This document shows positions 1 to 15,000 of a DNA stretch of 64,000 nucleotides, in pieces. This DNA comes from Pelagomonas calceolata (Eukaryota): positions 2,666,001 to 2,730,000 of the forward strand of contig CAKKNE010000001.1 in the NCBI GenBank assembly GCA_918797485.1, written 5' to 3'. Positions within the stretch are counted from its first letter, which is position 1. Each line of letters opens with the position of its first letter. The position numbers were made by a program, and so were the translations under genes. The notes under the pieces were generated by a model, which worked only from the letters and a program-made list of their open reading frames with translations, was not told the origin of the DNA and ran no database searches.

Positions 1-3000
1 AACCTTCGCCGCTAGCAACGATGATTGTTCCACCTGTTGATGTTGTACCGCGGCCTGACCGCAGGGTAAGCTCACCTCCAGCGCCGCTGGTGCCACTCCC
101 GACTGCCAATGTCACCCACCCACCTTGTCCCTGCGTCGCTGCGCCCGAGCCGATGTATATTCCACCGCTGTTGCCACCCTTCGCCGTGCCTGAGCTAAAG
201 GTTAGTACGCCCGAAGAGCCGTCGACCCCGCTATTAATTGTCGCCACGCATACAGACCCGCTACTTGTGTGCGTGCCCTCGCCGCTCCCCACATATATGA
301 CCCCGCCAGTGGACTGTGTTGAGCGACCAGAGCACACGCTCACTCCACCCCCGCTACCCGAAGTGCCGCTGCCAACAACGAGGGAAAGACTCCCTGAACG
401 ACCATTTGTCGCCGCGCCTGTTCCAATGTATATAGCCCCACTATTTGCATCTTTAGATGTTCCAGAGCTAAAAGCCAGACGGCCGCTACTACCCCCAATT
501 CCGGAGTTTGCCGTGGTCAAGAGCACCGATCCGCTGCTGGTTGCCGTGCCTTCACCACTCATAATCGACATCTTCCCACCAGTTCTCATCTCACTGCGAC
601 CTGCCTGCAGCGTCATCATACCGCCCTTACCGGATGTGCCACTTCCCACAGTCAGGACGAGCGAACCAGCGCGACCGTCCGTTGCCGCACCCGAACCCAT
701 ACACATGTCGCCGCTATTCCCTCCACTTGCAGTACCAGATGAAAAGACAAGGCGACCACTTGCACCACTTGTGCCAGCATTTGGTACGCAAACGAAGATG
801 GACCCGCTACTTGTCGCTGTCCCCTCACCACTTGCTGCAGACAACTCGCCACCAGTCTGGACGATAGACCCTCCTGCCATTATCCAAATCCCGCCTCCCA
901 CTCCCGATGTGCCGCTCCCAGCAGTTATGCCGATGGCTCCACCTCGTCCGCCTGTCGCGGCGCCCGTACCCAAGAATAGCATGCCGGAATTGCCCGCCTT
1001 GCTAGATCCACTACTAAAAATAAGATATCCGCTCGCACCAGAAGCACCACCATTCGCAGAAAGAACTATTACCGTCCCACTGCTAGTTGCCGTACCTTCA
1101 CCGCTTGCGAGCACCACCGAACCGCCGGAGCATGTGCCACTCTGGCCGGCACAGAGCGAGATGTCTCCACCGCGACCGCTTGTGCCGCTACCCACCGTGA
1201 GAAACACCGCGCCGCCCTGTCCACCTGTCGTGGTGCTAGTACCAAGCAAAATATCGCCACTGTTACCGCTTTTCGCAGATCCAGAGGAAAAGATCAGACA
1301 ACCAGAGGAGCCTGTAGTGCCGGAATTACTAGTGCGGACAGTGATCAAGCCGCTGCTACTCGAAGCACCTACTCCGCTCTCAATTGCAACCGAGCCACCT
1401 GTCCTCGTGGTCGAGAGGCCAGCGTCTAGGACAAGCGCACCACCCGATCCACTTGTGCCGCTACCAACAGAAATATATATAGCACCGCCTCTTCCGCCTG
1501 TTGCCGCTCCGCTTCCCAAGAGCAAACTGCCACTATTTCCATTACTTGCTGTGCCAGAAGAAAACACGAGGTGTCCACTTGACCCAGCCACGCCACTGTT
1601 TCCGGTTCTGAATGTTATGCATCCGCTGCTTGTCGCTGTCCCTTCGCCGCTAAGAAGCGAGAGAACTCCACCGGTCGCGGCCAGAGCATTGCTCGATCCG
1701 CTCTGTAAACCCAGAACACCGCCGTCTCCGCTAGTGCCGCTACCCACCGTCATATACATGGCGCCACCACGCCCCCCCGTAGCGCTGCCGCTGCCCAATA
1801 GCAGGTTTCCAGTGTTTCCCGTTTTTGAGGTTCCCGAAGAAAACGACAAACGACCGCTCGTGCCTGCGGCGCCAGCGTTGGGCGTGCGTATGCTGACTGA
1901 TCCGGAGGAGGAGGCGGTGCCTTCTCCGGACTCGATTTTGATCAGCCCACCGGTGGAAACCGCGGACTGTCCAGCTAGTAAACTCATTGAGCCACCGGCC
2001 CCACTTGTGCCACAGCCCACACTTAGTGTTATGGCACCGCCACGTCCACTTGTGGCCACTCCAGTACCGATGAGTAACGCGCCACTATTTCCGCAGTTGG
2101 CTGTGCCAGAAGAAAAGACAAGATGGCCACTTGCCCCTGTAACCCCCGCGTTGCCAGTCTGAATTACTAATGCACCCGAGGTTGATGCTGTTCCCTCACC
2201 ACTCGTCACTGCAACAGTACCGCCCGTTGCTACTTTGCTGAGACCGGCCGATGCATATAGATCTCCACCCCGTGCTGAAGTACCACTACCAACGCCTATA
2301 CTGAGCATGCCACCGCGACCGCCAGTGGCGGTTCCGCTGCCAATAAGGCAGCCCCCAGTATTGCCATTACTTGACGTGCCGGAGGAAAAGGCTACTAGCC
2401 CACTCGCTCCGTTGCCACCCGAGTTGGCTGTGCGGATGGTCAAGGCGCCCGAAGTTGTTGCAGTTCCTTCACCTCCCTCTAGCTTCAGGCTGCCCCCAGT
2501 GCGAGAGGTGCTGCGGCCAGCAAGGATCAGAAGTTCGCCGCCTCGGCCAGAGGTACCGCTGCCAACAGAGACTTTGATGGCACCACCACGGCCTCCTGTC
2601 GAAGCGCCGCTTCCAAGGAGCACTCCGCCCGTATTGCCGTCTTTTGAAGTCCCCGATGAAAACGAGAGCCATCCACTGGCTCCATCCTCCCCACCGTTGG
2701 CTGTCCGTATAGAGACTGAGCCGGAGGTAGATGCGGTTCCTTCGCCAGACTCGAGTAGCAGAGCACCGCCCGTGTACGAACCTGAGCGGCCAGCAGCAAC
2801 AAAAAGCATGCCGCCACCGGCGGACGTGCCGCTGCCGACGGTGAGACTGATCCGACCCCCGCGCCCAGAAGATGCGGCTCCACTCCCGATGAGGCAAGCT
2901 CCTGTATTTCCACCACTTGATGTTCCTGCAGAGAAAATCAGGGAGCCGGATACACCGCGAAAACCGGCATTTGCGGTAAGAAAGCAAACTGTGCCTGAAG

Positions 3001-6000
3001 TTGACGAGGCCCCCTCGCCAGTGGTCAAGATTAATGAACCGCCCGTACGCACGGAGGACGCCCCAGCAACCACAGTGGCGTTTCCTCCCGTCCCGCTGTC
3101 CCCTGTTCCTACGACTATCGTCATGTTACCGCCGCGACCGCCTGCAGAGTCACCAGACGTTATGTTTATCCAGCCACTGTTGCCATTGCTTGCTGTGCCG
3201 GTAGAAATGATCAAGTGGCCACTAACACCAGCGATACCTGCATTCGCAGTGGCAATTGTCATGTTGCCTGAGCTGTACTTTGCTCCATATCCCGATGTAA
3301 TCCAACAGCTCCCGCCGCTCGATGTGTATCCCTGCCCCGCCGTGATGGCAACGTGACCGCCACATCCATTGCATATGCCGGTACCATCGCCCGCGTGAAT
3401 GCTAATAGACCCGCCCGTCTTGTCGGACTGTGAAGTGTCTCCAGCGGTGACAGTGATGCTACCTCCATGGCCGCTGTCACCGGCACCGACCGAGACCTCA
3501 ATCGCCCCGCCTCCGCCGATATCGGCTGTTCCTGTTGCTATAAGAACAGAGCCCGTGTTTCCAGATGAAGAAGAGCCTGTCGTAAATTCGACACGCCCCG
3601 ATGCTCCCATTTCGCCACCGTTCATTGTCGACGTGGTTATTGAACCGGATGTGGATGTCGATCCATATCCTGATTTGATGAAGACAGATCCACCGGTGTC
3701 TGATCCTCCGATACCTGCAGAAACTGAGAAAGCACCGCCCATGCTAAATTCTTCACCGGCACCATGACCAGCAACGATAGTCACCGTGCCGCCACGGGAT
3801 ATTCTGCCATCTGTGCCGTCCGCGCTGGTCCCTCCCGCTGCGAGACTGACCGATCCGCCGTCGCCACTGTCGCCGTCTCCAACGAGAATAGTGAAAGCTC
3901 CTCCTCTGCCACTTGTAGCGGCCCCGGTTTCTAAAGCTACGTAGCCGGAGTTCCCTCCCGAAGACGTGCCTGTGCTAAGGAACAGATAGCCGCTTATGCC
4001 ATTATCTCCTGCATTCATCGTGCGCATAGACACCGTTCCCGATGTCGATGCAGTTGAATAGCCGGCAACAATAGATATCCTGCCCCCCGTACCCGAGTCC
4101 CCCCCTCCGACCTCGACGGACACGCTCCCCCCTGACCCAGACTCTGCAATGCCCGTAGTCATCTGGATCTGCCCCGAGTTCCCTTCACTTGCGTCGCCCG
4201 TCGAGACAACCATTCCGCCCGAGACTCCTGTTATCCCTGAGTTCGCCGTTTGCAAGGTCATAGCTCCAGATGTGGTCTCTTGCCCGTATCCCGTTGTCAC
4301 AAAGACCTCCCCTCCCGTGCCGATCTCAGACTCTCCTGCTATTAGTTCGACGCCCCCTCCATCTCGAGTTTCGCCACAGCCAGCATGGATAAATATAGAG
4401 CCACCACTTCCACCCGAGGCTGTACCTGTCGACAATAAGATCGCACCCGTGTTTCCATCATTTGTTGAACCGGTCGTCAAGGATATGGAGCCAGAAGAGC
4501 CTTTACTGAGCACGTTGGCTGTGCACATGTAGAGGCGCCCTGAGCTTGACTTCAACCCTTGTCCGGAGGAGATATAGATGTCGCCTCCCGGCGATCCACT
4601 CCCGGCAACAAACGAGAGGCCCCCTCCGGTACCATAAAGGCCTTCGCCCGAAGCAAGTATGATCTCACCGCCATCCCCTGCTGTAGAGTCTCCGGCATAC
4701 ATTTCCACATTACCTCCCGTGCCACTGTCGCCCGTACCAACCATGATCGTGATTTGGCCTCCGCGACCGCCAGCACCTTCGCCCGAGAGAATATCGATAG
4801 TTCCAGACGATCCCTCTTTCGCGTCTCCAGTTTGAAGCAGCAGCGCACCGCTCGCGCCACTTCGCCCAGCGTTGGCGCTTGCAAGGGTCACATCACCAGA
4901 GGCAGACTTTTCACTGTAGCCAGATAACAGACAAAGTTCCCCACCTGTTGCTGTGCTGGATCCACCGGCCCTTATTTCAACATTACCACCCTCCGATGTT
5001 GACGACATGCCAGCGCCACCCTCAATGGCTGTAGTGCCCCCCTTTGCATCCTCGCCCTCCGTAGATCCTCCAATCACCGAGACGCCTGCACCGTTGCCCT
5101 CCGCAGCATATCCTGCGGCGATGGCGACGGCGCCACCCCGTCCGTCCAAGCCATCGCCAGAGACCAAGCATAGGCTGCCGCCGATCTCGCCGCTGCCTGA
5201 TGACATAGTAATACCCCCTCCCATTTCATCATCACTTGAGTTTCCGGCGTAGATGTATGCGCCCCCCCCCCGGCCAGATGTCGAAAGCCCAACTTCGATG
5301 GAGACAGACCCAGATGCACCGGACGCGGTTGACCCACTCGAGATGCGGATCTTACCAGAATCGCCCTCCCCAGCATCCCCTGTGCAAATCGCAACGGAGC
5401 CTGAGCCGCAGTTTGCCTGTGCCGTTGACACGCTGACATCACCTCCTTGGTCTGAAGAGGAGGTGCCACTTGATATGGTCATGGCGCCTCCGGAACCATC
5501 AATGGCATCGCCTGCGGTCATGGTCATGTTTCCTCCTGAGTCCGCCCCATTCCCGGCTCTAAGCTCCACCTGCCCTCCTTTGCCTGCAGAGGAATCACCG
5601 CCATCTATGCGAATCTCGCCCCCCTGAGAGCCATCGCTCAGTCCAACTGACAAGAAAATCCCTCCTGCAGATCCGGAAGTTGCCGGGCCCGTGGTCATGG
5701 CGACGCTCCCGCTGTCGCCACTATTTGTTTGGCCTGTCTCAAACAGCAAATTTCCCGATGAAGTCTGGGCTGGTGATGTCATTATCGACACATCGCCACC
5801 CTTGCCGTCCGTTGATGGACCGGACCGAATCTCTACGGCACCACCGCCGCCGCGGCCCAGGCCGCCCTCGACCAACAGGCTCCCCCCCTGTTCACCCCTG
5901 CCTGCTGCGATGGAGGCGTTGCCCGCACACCCTGCTTCGCTCTCGCTAAGTGAGTCACCCGCTCGCAGTGTCACAGCTGCGCCACATTGCGCATTCGAGT

Positions 6001-9000
6001 TTCCACCCAGTATTCTAAGCCCACCCCCCTCCGACGTCTTTCCCGAACCTCCTCTAATCGACACCCCGCCACCAGCTCCAGACTCCGAATTAGAATGGCC
6101 GGCGACAAATGATAGATGACCGCCTGCGCAGGTCGACGAGTTTCCGGCTGACACTTGAATGCTTCCACCTATTCCCAGGTCGCTACGACCGACTCGAAGC
6201 GAGAGTGCGCCACCATTGCCCTGAAAGGAGCTGCCAGTTGATATCCAGAGTCCGCCCGAATCACCATTCATACTATCACCTATGTGCGAAGTTCTCAGAT
6301 ACAGGCAATGTCCGAACGTCTATGGGCTTTGAAACAAGCAAACGAAGGACGCCGGAGTATAGACCAGTGGAGATTGACATCGTGCCGGTCTCTGCCTGAC
6401 TGTCGCCGCTCTGGATCTGAATTTCGCCACTAGAGCCTGTGGCGGATGCGCCAGATGCGAGGCACAGGTCGCCTCCTTCCGCCATTTTCCCAGATCCACT
6501 AGCAAGAGTCACACTTCCGCCCGCAGTGCCAGAGCCCGCGCACAGGCACAAGGCGCCGCCGTTGCCTCCGAGAGCAGTTCCGGCCTGTAATTCCACGTCG
6601 CCTCCGGCACCAGAGCTACTGTAGCCGACTGAAAATTTAATACCACCAGCCCGGCCCGTAACGGCATCGCCCGTGCGGAAGCAAAATAAACCTGAATCTC
6701 CTTTATCCGTCGTGCCCGTTGCCGCACCGGTTGTAAAATTAATCGATCCCGAAGATAAAGATGAAGGAGTACGCAACCTACAAGTCAACAAGTCATAAGG
6801 ACGTGATAAGTAAGAAAAATTGGATGAGGGCAGATAGTAGGTACAACAGTGTTGATACTGTCTGATCCCCCGCCAGCTGTTAAAACTGCGGTTGTGGGCT
6901 CTATGTGTAACACTTTTTTTAAGGCGCGGGACTGCGAGACGTGATGTTACCTGATGGCCCCATTACCGAGGTGCCGGACTGAATCGCCACTGAGCCGCCT
7001 TGATCATCAGCTCCCGCTCCGGCTTGGATAGTAAAGGACCCCCCGACTGATCCAAAGCCTGCTAGAAAGTCTGCATCGCCGCCAGCACCCTCGGTTGCAC
7101 CACCAGCTTCTAGATGCAGCGCACCACCGTGAGCCGTCCCATTTCCACCACGAAAGCACACACGGCCTCCAGTTTCCACCTCGCCGTCACCGGCTGACAA
7201 GACCATGTCACCGCCAACTCCTCCGCTACCAGCCCTAAGATGAACACTGCCACCACGCCCACATTCGTCACGAGAGCGGCCAGCCGTCAGGTTAGAGTCA
7301 CCACCGACACCACCAGTCGCACAGCCGACGGCTATGGAAATAGAGCCAGACCCGGCTTCTTGGGCAACGCCAGTACTAATACTGATTGAACCTGCGTTCC
7401 CAAGAGCCGAGGAACCGGTTTTTAGTTCGAGCGCACCGGTGTGACCTAGCGCAGGTGGACTCACGACGTTTATATCGCCTGAACTCGCTTGATTGCTTGC
7501 CGTGTTGCCAGTAATTCTGCCCGAGGTGATGGCAACCGACCCACCCGTCCCCTGAGTCGTGCTACCTGCGCCAAGACTGAGGTCACCGCCACTTGCCTCG
7601 GTCCCATTCCCGGCGACCAGTCGTAGTGTACCTCCGGTTCCGCCCGCGCCCGCCTGCATGATTATAGCACCACCAATACCCGACATTCCCTCACCGACCG
7701 ACATGCTGATACCACCACCACCGGTCGTCGTGCTTTTGCCAGTGTGCAAACGTATTGAACCTGAGTTCATATCACCCTCTCCGGTCTCAAAGCTTAGATG
7801 TCCAGATTGGCTGTCCACGGTACCACACGCTGCACACGTTGCCACTTTTATATCACCACCCGCTGCGCCGTCGCCCGATGCTATGCTTACGCCACCACCG
7901 CAAGCGCTCCCAGCACCTGCATTGATTATGAGATTACCCCCCGCTACACCCGCGCCAGATGTAAATTCCAGGCTGCCACCTTCACTAGAGTCGTCCGTTT
8001 CGGAGAAAGACCTGCCTGCGTTTACGCTTATGGAACCACCGTCGTCCTGCCTGGAATCTCCCCCCTTGATGTTCAAGTTACCGCCGTGGTTGTCGGTTGC
8101 GTCACCGCCTTGGATTTCGACTCCGCCTCCGGTGACACCAGAGCCTCCTCTGAGCAGCAGGTCGCCTCCCACGCTAGCCTCTACATCACTCAACTGGACG
8201 TCGGAGGCGTGCGCGCCTCCTGCTGCGAAAACGACGTTACCGCCATGCCCATGGCCCGAGGTTCCCGCCAGTAGCTCTATGGCTCCAGACATTGACCCAT
8301 CGGAAGCCCCAGTGTGTGCTTGGATGGCGCCAGACTGGCCGGAGTTCACATCACCGGTACACAGGCAAATATTCCCATGACTTTGAGCATCGTTGTCATC
8401 AGGCCCATCCGATCCAGGCGGTGTGGTAATACGAACGTCACCTGACTTTATCATGCCAACACCTGATTGCATCGACACACTCCCCCCTTGTGCTTGGGTA
8501 CTTGTCCCGCCTTCTATTGTAACGTTTCCACCACCGCATCCTGATCCGCCCGCAACCCGAACAGAACCACCAGTGTTGCTGGTTGAACTACCCGCGCGGA
8601 CTTCCAGGGTTCCGCCTGGTCCACTGCACGACTGGCCCACTCGCACAGATATGTCGCCAGCACCTAGGGTTGATTCTCCAGAGCAGATCAACACCCTCCC
8701 TGACGTCGTGGTGGCGTTTCCAGACGACATTGTGAGATCTCCAGACTGTACACTTGCTTTGCCAGTTGTGAAGTTGAGACATCCTGATCGTCGTCCATCG
8801 CCAGATCGGATCTCGGCGTCTCCTCCACTTTCAGAACTACGTCCTGCTGAAATATGAATGGCGCCACCCCGACCGTCACCGCTTCCACCAGTCATATTTA
8901 TAGTACCTCCGCCTCCATTCTGCGACGAACCAGCGCAGACCCTAATTGACCCCCCAAGACCCGACGTCGCCTCGCCAACGACAACCGAAAAATTTCCCCC

Positions 9001-12000
9001 ACCTCGTGACAGCAAGGTGAGGCTACCCCCAGATTGAGTCCCAGCTCCCGAGGCAACTGACACGTTACCGCCGCGCTTACCGTCGCCTGCGAAAAACGAC
9101 GGCATGCTGTCAAATTTGGCACAGCCCAGGGACGCCCCCACATGCGCGAGAGGGGAGGGGTTGATTTGCAACGACACCGGAGGTAGCCTGCGCTCATTTG
9201 TATGTTGCCACCATGTCCAGTGCTAGATGTCTGCACAGTTGCATTTATAGACCCCGTGTTGCCATTGCTACTTGCGCCTGTCGAGAGACGAACGTCACCT
9301 GAATCGCCCGCGCCTGCCGTTCCGGTCGTAAGCGAGATAGCCCCCGAGCCACCCGCGCCCCCCGGACTCGCGCTGCCTACGAAAAAAGTGGGTTGCGACA
9401 AATCAGGGCTTACTTATTAGGGCCATCGAGCTATGGGGCCTTTCATTTTTACAAGACGCTGATTTCAGACCAGTCGCAATGCTAATGTTACCAGATGATT
9501 CCCCACCAGGACCAGATTCAAGTATTAATGCGCCACCATGATATACGCTGCCTTCCCCACTCCGAATTGTCAAGTTGCCTCCCGAGGCACCGCCGCCGGC
9601 AGCAAGGTTGGCAGACCCACCTTGTGCTGCCTCGCCCCAGATAGAACCAGCGGAGATGTTGACTTTTCCACCGCCTGATATACCGGTTCCCACCTGCAAG
9701 CTTAGGTCCCCCGCTTTGCCCTGCGGTGCATGGCCAGTCCGAATGGATACAGAGCCTGATGTTCCAGACGACACGTCGCCGGTATTCATCTCGATGCTGC
9801 CCGTCGTGGTACTGCCGTCGGCCTCGCCTTGATCTAGGGCAGGGCTTGCGGTGCTAAGCGTAAGATTCCCGGATCGAGTCGCGCTTGCGCCAGATTTGAC
9901 GTCAATGCCGCCGCCGTCTTGCAGAGCATCTCCACCGGCTACCGAGATCTCGCCGCCCGTCGTACATGTCGATGCACCGGCATGCAATAAAATTGCACCA
10001 CCTTTGGCTTGCTTTGAGTTGCCTGCGGTCACCGTCAGCCACCCTCCAGAGCCAGAGGATGCATTGGCGACACATACAGAGACGTTGCCGGCAGCTCCAC
10101 CAGCGACACCCAGCCCGCTTGAGATACTCACTGTTCCGCCTACTTGGCCGTTTGCAGCCGCAACGGTGACGTTTCCACCTAAGCTTCCAGTTGAGTTCCC
10201 AGCCTCGATGCGGATCTCGCCACCCTGCAGACCTGATCTGCCTACGTGCATGAGAATGCTGCCTGCGCTGCCGGTCTCTGATGTGCCCGTGGAAACAAGC
10301 ACCGTCCCTGAGCTTCCTGCAGGTGAATCCCCAGTCGACACCAAGACATCGCCGCTTGGTCCAACCTCTGAGGAAGTTTGCGCTGTCGCAAGACGCACGA
10401 TACCTGACCCTCCCTTCATACCAGCACCGGAATATACATCTATTCGCCCACCCACACTGTCCCCACACCCACCGCGCAAAGCAACTCCGCCACCCCGCGC
10501 ACCTTCTCCGCCGACGACTTGGACATGACCCCCAGCATTACCACATTCGATCGCAGATCCCGCCGTAACATTTATGGTCCCACCCCTGCCAGAGCCACTC
10601 GAGCCAACTGCGATTTGAATCCCCCCGGCCGCACCCTCTGGGTTTTCGCCCGTGCCAAGAAAGAGCGCACCCGAATCCCCAGCTCCGCCAGCTTCCGTAC
10701 TGCCCGTCGAAACGCAGATTCCACCCCGCGCAGAAGCAAGCGTCGCGGAAGCACCTGAAGTTATCCACATTTCACCACCCTGCGCAGCGCCGGTGCCGCT
10801 GGTCAAGTGCAGATCAGCTCCGGAAGTCATGGACACATTGCCGTCTGGTCCGCCGGTTCTTACGACGATGTTGCCTGAAATGCCTCCACCCCCGGCAGCA
10901 AAGATTACGTCACCACCTGCCTCGCCATCTGAGCCTCGAAGAACAATGTCGCCGCCCCCGACAGCACCACTCCCGCTACAAACAACAACAGCACCTCCAT
11001 TTTCTCCCTCCCCTCCCGCCACGCGCACACTCCCGCCGTCAATGCCTGCACTACTAGCTTCAAGTGAAATTCCTCCTGACGTGCCAGTCGCAGTGCCTGT
11101 CGAAACACAAATCCGGCCAGAAGAATCTGATGCGTCACCAGTCCCAATGCTTGCATCACCGGTATGACTCTGACTATCCTTGGTTTGCATGGAAATTCTG
11201 CCGTCCTTGTGAATCGTAAAATATTGATTGTGCGACTGCATGGCTGCAATCAAATCTAGCGTGAGGCCTTGCTTGTCAACTTGGTGGAATCCATCGAGGG
11301 AGAAATTGTAGGCTGGGTGGGTGTAGTTATCCACCACTTCGACACGCTCTGGGAATACCTCGCGTACATTCTGCGCGATTACGCCTCGCACAACCACGTC
11401 GTCGACTCCGCGTATTTTCAGCCACTCATCAGTGTATCGATAATTAGCTAACTTGATCTGGGTAAACCTGTCGTAGATATCATCTAGCTCCGCATCGTCA
11501 AGATAATGTATATCCTCCTTGATGCGTTCGTCTGACGAATACTCGATCTTGGTCACACGCATCGGCACTGTCGAGATAATCGACCCGCCGGCGCCCGCAG
11601 ATTCAAGCCTAAAGTCTGGTCCAGGTCGATTTGACACAGAAAACTCGATGGTGTTGCCAATCGCGCCCGATGCATCCAAACTAATATGACTCGCCGTCAC
11701 ACTTTGCTCCGCGGCAAGCATCTCCACCGTGGTCCCGTCGACTCTAATTGAACTACTGCCGGATCCAGATAGCACGCGCACCATGCCATGTGACTTTCCG
11801 CCGACGCCTGCCGATACTGTCACATTGGGGCCCGAATCTGTGCTGTTTGCAGCGCAGATGGATAAAGAGCCACCGTTGCCGTCGCGGGATGCTCCTGTCC
11901 GTAACGATACCACTCCGCCAATTTCTGGGTCTCCCCTACCGCCACCATCTATGATTATAGACCCACCCCTGCCAGACTCAGCAAGACCGCCACGGACAAT

Positions 12001-15000
12001 CACGTCACCGCCGGCATGCCCTCCACCTGCGGCTACTTCTACAGAGCCACCAGATCCGGAAGCATCGGAACTCGCGCCTGCTCTTAGGCTTATGTGGCCC
12101 CCAGCAGCGTTCGATGACGTACCAACATGCAAGAGAATGCTCCCGCTCTCTTCCTGTGCGCTTGCTGTTGACAGTGTCATGCTGCCCGAGACGCCCCGAG
12201 CTGCCGCTCCAGTCGATAGCTTGACAGAACCAGATAGTTCCCCGCTATCCGAACTCGCGATGGAAACTTTGCCACTCGAGCCCGTCGCACCGAGACCACT
12301 GGCCAACAGTAGACCGCCGCCGTCGAGCTCGCGACCAATTCCACCTGTTAGAATCACCTTTCCGCCAGAAACGCCATCACCACCGGTCAAATCAATATAT
12401 CCTCCAGTACCCCGCTGGGTTGCTCCCGCCTGAGCACATATATTTCCCCCGCACGAACCTGAGCTCTCCCCCGCTGCGACGTTGACTCCACCCGCTACGT
12501 CTGCTGAGCCAGTTTCAATTAGAACACTGCCACTTGAAGCCCCACTTGGCCCGGACAAGACCATGACGTCCCCGCTATCTCCCTGCTCGGAGGCTCCTGA
12601 GCCCAATGTCGCCGAGCCGCCAGTACACGACGCACTTGCGCCTGCAGCGATGCGCACATTACCGCCTATTCCCTCGTTGCTCGAACCCGATTGGAGTAAC
12701 AGACTACCACCTGATCCTCCCGAGCCCGCCTCCAGACTCACACTACCACCACATCCAATACCATTGGATGCACCTCCGCTTAACCATATGTCGCCCGACC
12801 TATCAGGTCCCGCACCGCTTATCAGCGCGACGCCACCGCCCAATTCACCTGCACCCGACGCTATCTCCACCCTTCCTCCGCTTGTGGCTCCGTCACCGGC
12901 AGAAACTGATATGTCCCCGCCATGACCTAGGGCCGACGCGCCAGTCGAGATGCCAATGGAGCCGCTTTGGCCCCCAGAGTCTCCAGTGGCAATCCTCACC
13001 CCACCTGATACGCAGCCCGTTCCGGTAGCCAGCAAAATAGCCCCGCTATCTTGGGTTGCCTGTCCACTCATAAGGCAAGCATCCCCGCTTGTTAAGGTAC
13101 CTGCGCCGCTGCGCATCACCACAGCTCCTCCAGGACCACAGCTACCAGAGCCCGCCTGTAAACTTAGCTCGCCACCACAACTGCCATCTCCCCCGATGAG
13201 CGACGTGCTACCGCCCAAACCTGATGCGGATGCGCCAGCCTGCATTGTAATAGCAGCACCATTGTCGTTGGCGCACAATCCAACGGACAGGTCCAAATCA
13301 CCAGCAATGCCGCCGGGTACGTTGCCCGTCTCAAGCCGAATATTTCCACTTGATCCGCTGGCGTCAGTCAATGTTGCCAGCCTCACGTCCCCACCTCTGG
13401 TTGCACCCGGGCCAGAGCTTATGTTGAGGTGACCACCAACTCCAGACGTGCTCCCGCCAGCTGTTATACATACCTCGCCGCCGTCTCTCGCAGCACCGTT
13501 GCCGCCACTGAGCGACAACTTGCCGCCGCGTGCACCGGCTCCTCCGGCTATTTCCATGCTACCACCAGTGCCCCTTGTAGAAACTCCGGCCGCTATTTCG
13601 ACGTCACCGCCGCTGGTGTCACCAACACCAGCACGCAGATCAATTGCCCCTCCTATACTTCCATCGCCTGCTGCGAAACAAGTAGAACCGCCAGATCCGC
13701 CCTCATCTCTCGTTGTACCCGCTTGCAGAGACAGTTCCCCACCCGATCCTACTGTGCTGCTACCGATACACACGTTGATGGAGCCACTGTTTGTCTCGGC
13801 TTCGCCAGTTGAGATGAATATCTCACCTGAGGCACCTGCGTATGCCACGCCGCTCGAAATAACAACGCCGCCAGACTGCGCTTCACTACTTGCACCTGTA
13901 ATGGACACGACCCCCCCTTCACTACCGACGAGCTCCAGATGTCCGCCGCCACCCCCGCTTCCGGTCCCGTCTCCGGCTATGACGGACACGGTACCGCCAC
14001 AGGTGCCATTCCCGCCCACTAAGGCGATATTACCACCTTGGCCTTGAGACGAGTCACCCGCTGCCAATTCTAGTTGGCCTCCCGCTCCGCTTGAGCTCTC
14101 GCCAACATCAAGGGTCAAGTTTCCTGAGCGTCCAGCCGACCCGGTGGCAAGGGTTATCCCCCCGCTTTTCGTTCTACCCTCACCGGTGCACAGAGACACT
14201 TTTCCACTTGAGGAGGCTGCGTCCGTGGACCCAAAGGAAGCGGAGCCGCCGGATGCCGCAATGATTGAAACTTTTCCACCGCTGGCGTCCTCATTACCCC
14301 CGGTGCCCGATGATGCACCACTTTGCAACGAAATATCGCCGCCCTTGGTTCCCGATCCCGCCCGAAAGCACACAGACCCGCCAGTCTCTTTCGAAGCGCC
14401 CGCACGCGCAAGTATGTTTCCGCCTGAAGCACAGCTACCAGAACCGCTTTGTAACGCAATGGTTCCTCCGCTCTTACCGTCTCCGGATGAAACATCCACA
14501 CCACCACCTTTCCGCAGTCCGTCACCAGCAGACGCAATTAGAGAGCCACCGTTTCCATGGCGTGACGAACCGACTGACAGCTCAATTGTGCCACTTTGGC
14601 TCACTGAATTGCCCGTGCCAATGATTACCCCACCCGAAACATCAGCCGATCCGCTTGCAATAGCTACTGAGCCACTCGTGCCGCAAACGTCCGCACTTTT
14701 CAAGAGTACGTCGCCACTAGCTAAGGCACCAGTACCACTGCCAACCTGAAGAGAGCCCCCGGAGTCGGAACCAGCTCCGGCCATGATGCTAACTTCACCA
14801 CCGGCTAGTCCATCGCCTGCCATAATGCTAGTCGGTCCTCCAGCACCAGCGGTTGCCATGCCGGCTCGCAACGCAATGGCTGAGCCCCCTCCAGAAGAAC
14901 TCGCGCCCGTAAAGCAACTAATGTTCCCGGCTCTACCATCCGTTGCGTCGCCAGTTTTGATGAGAACTCTACCACTCGACGCTTTCGCATCGCCGGTAGC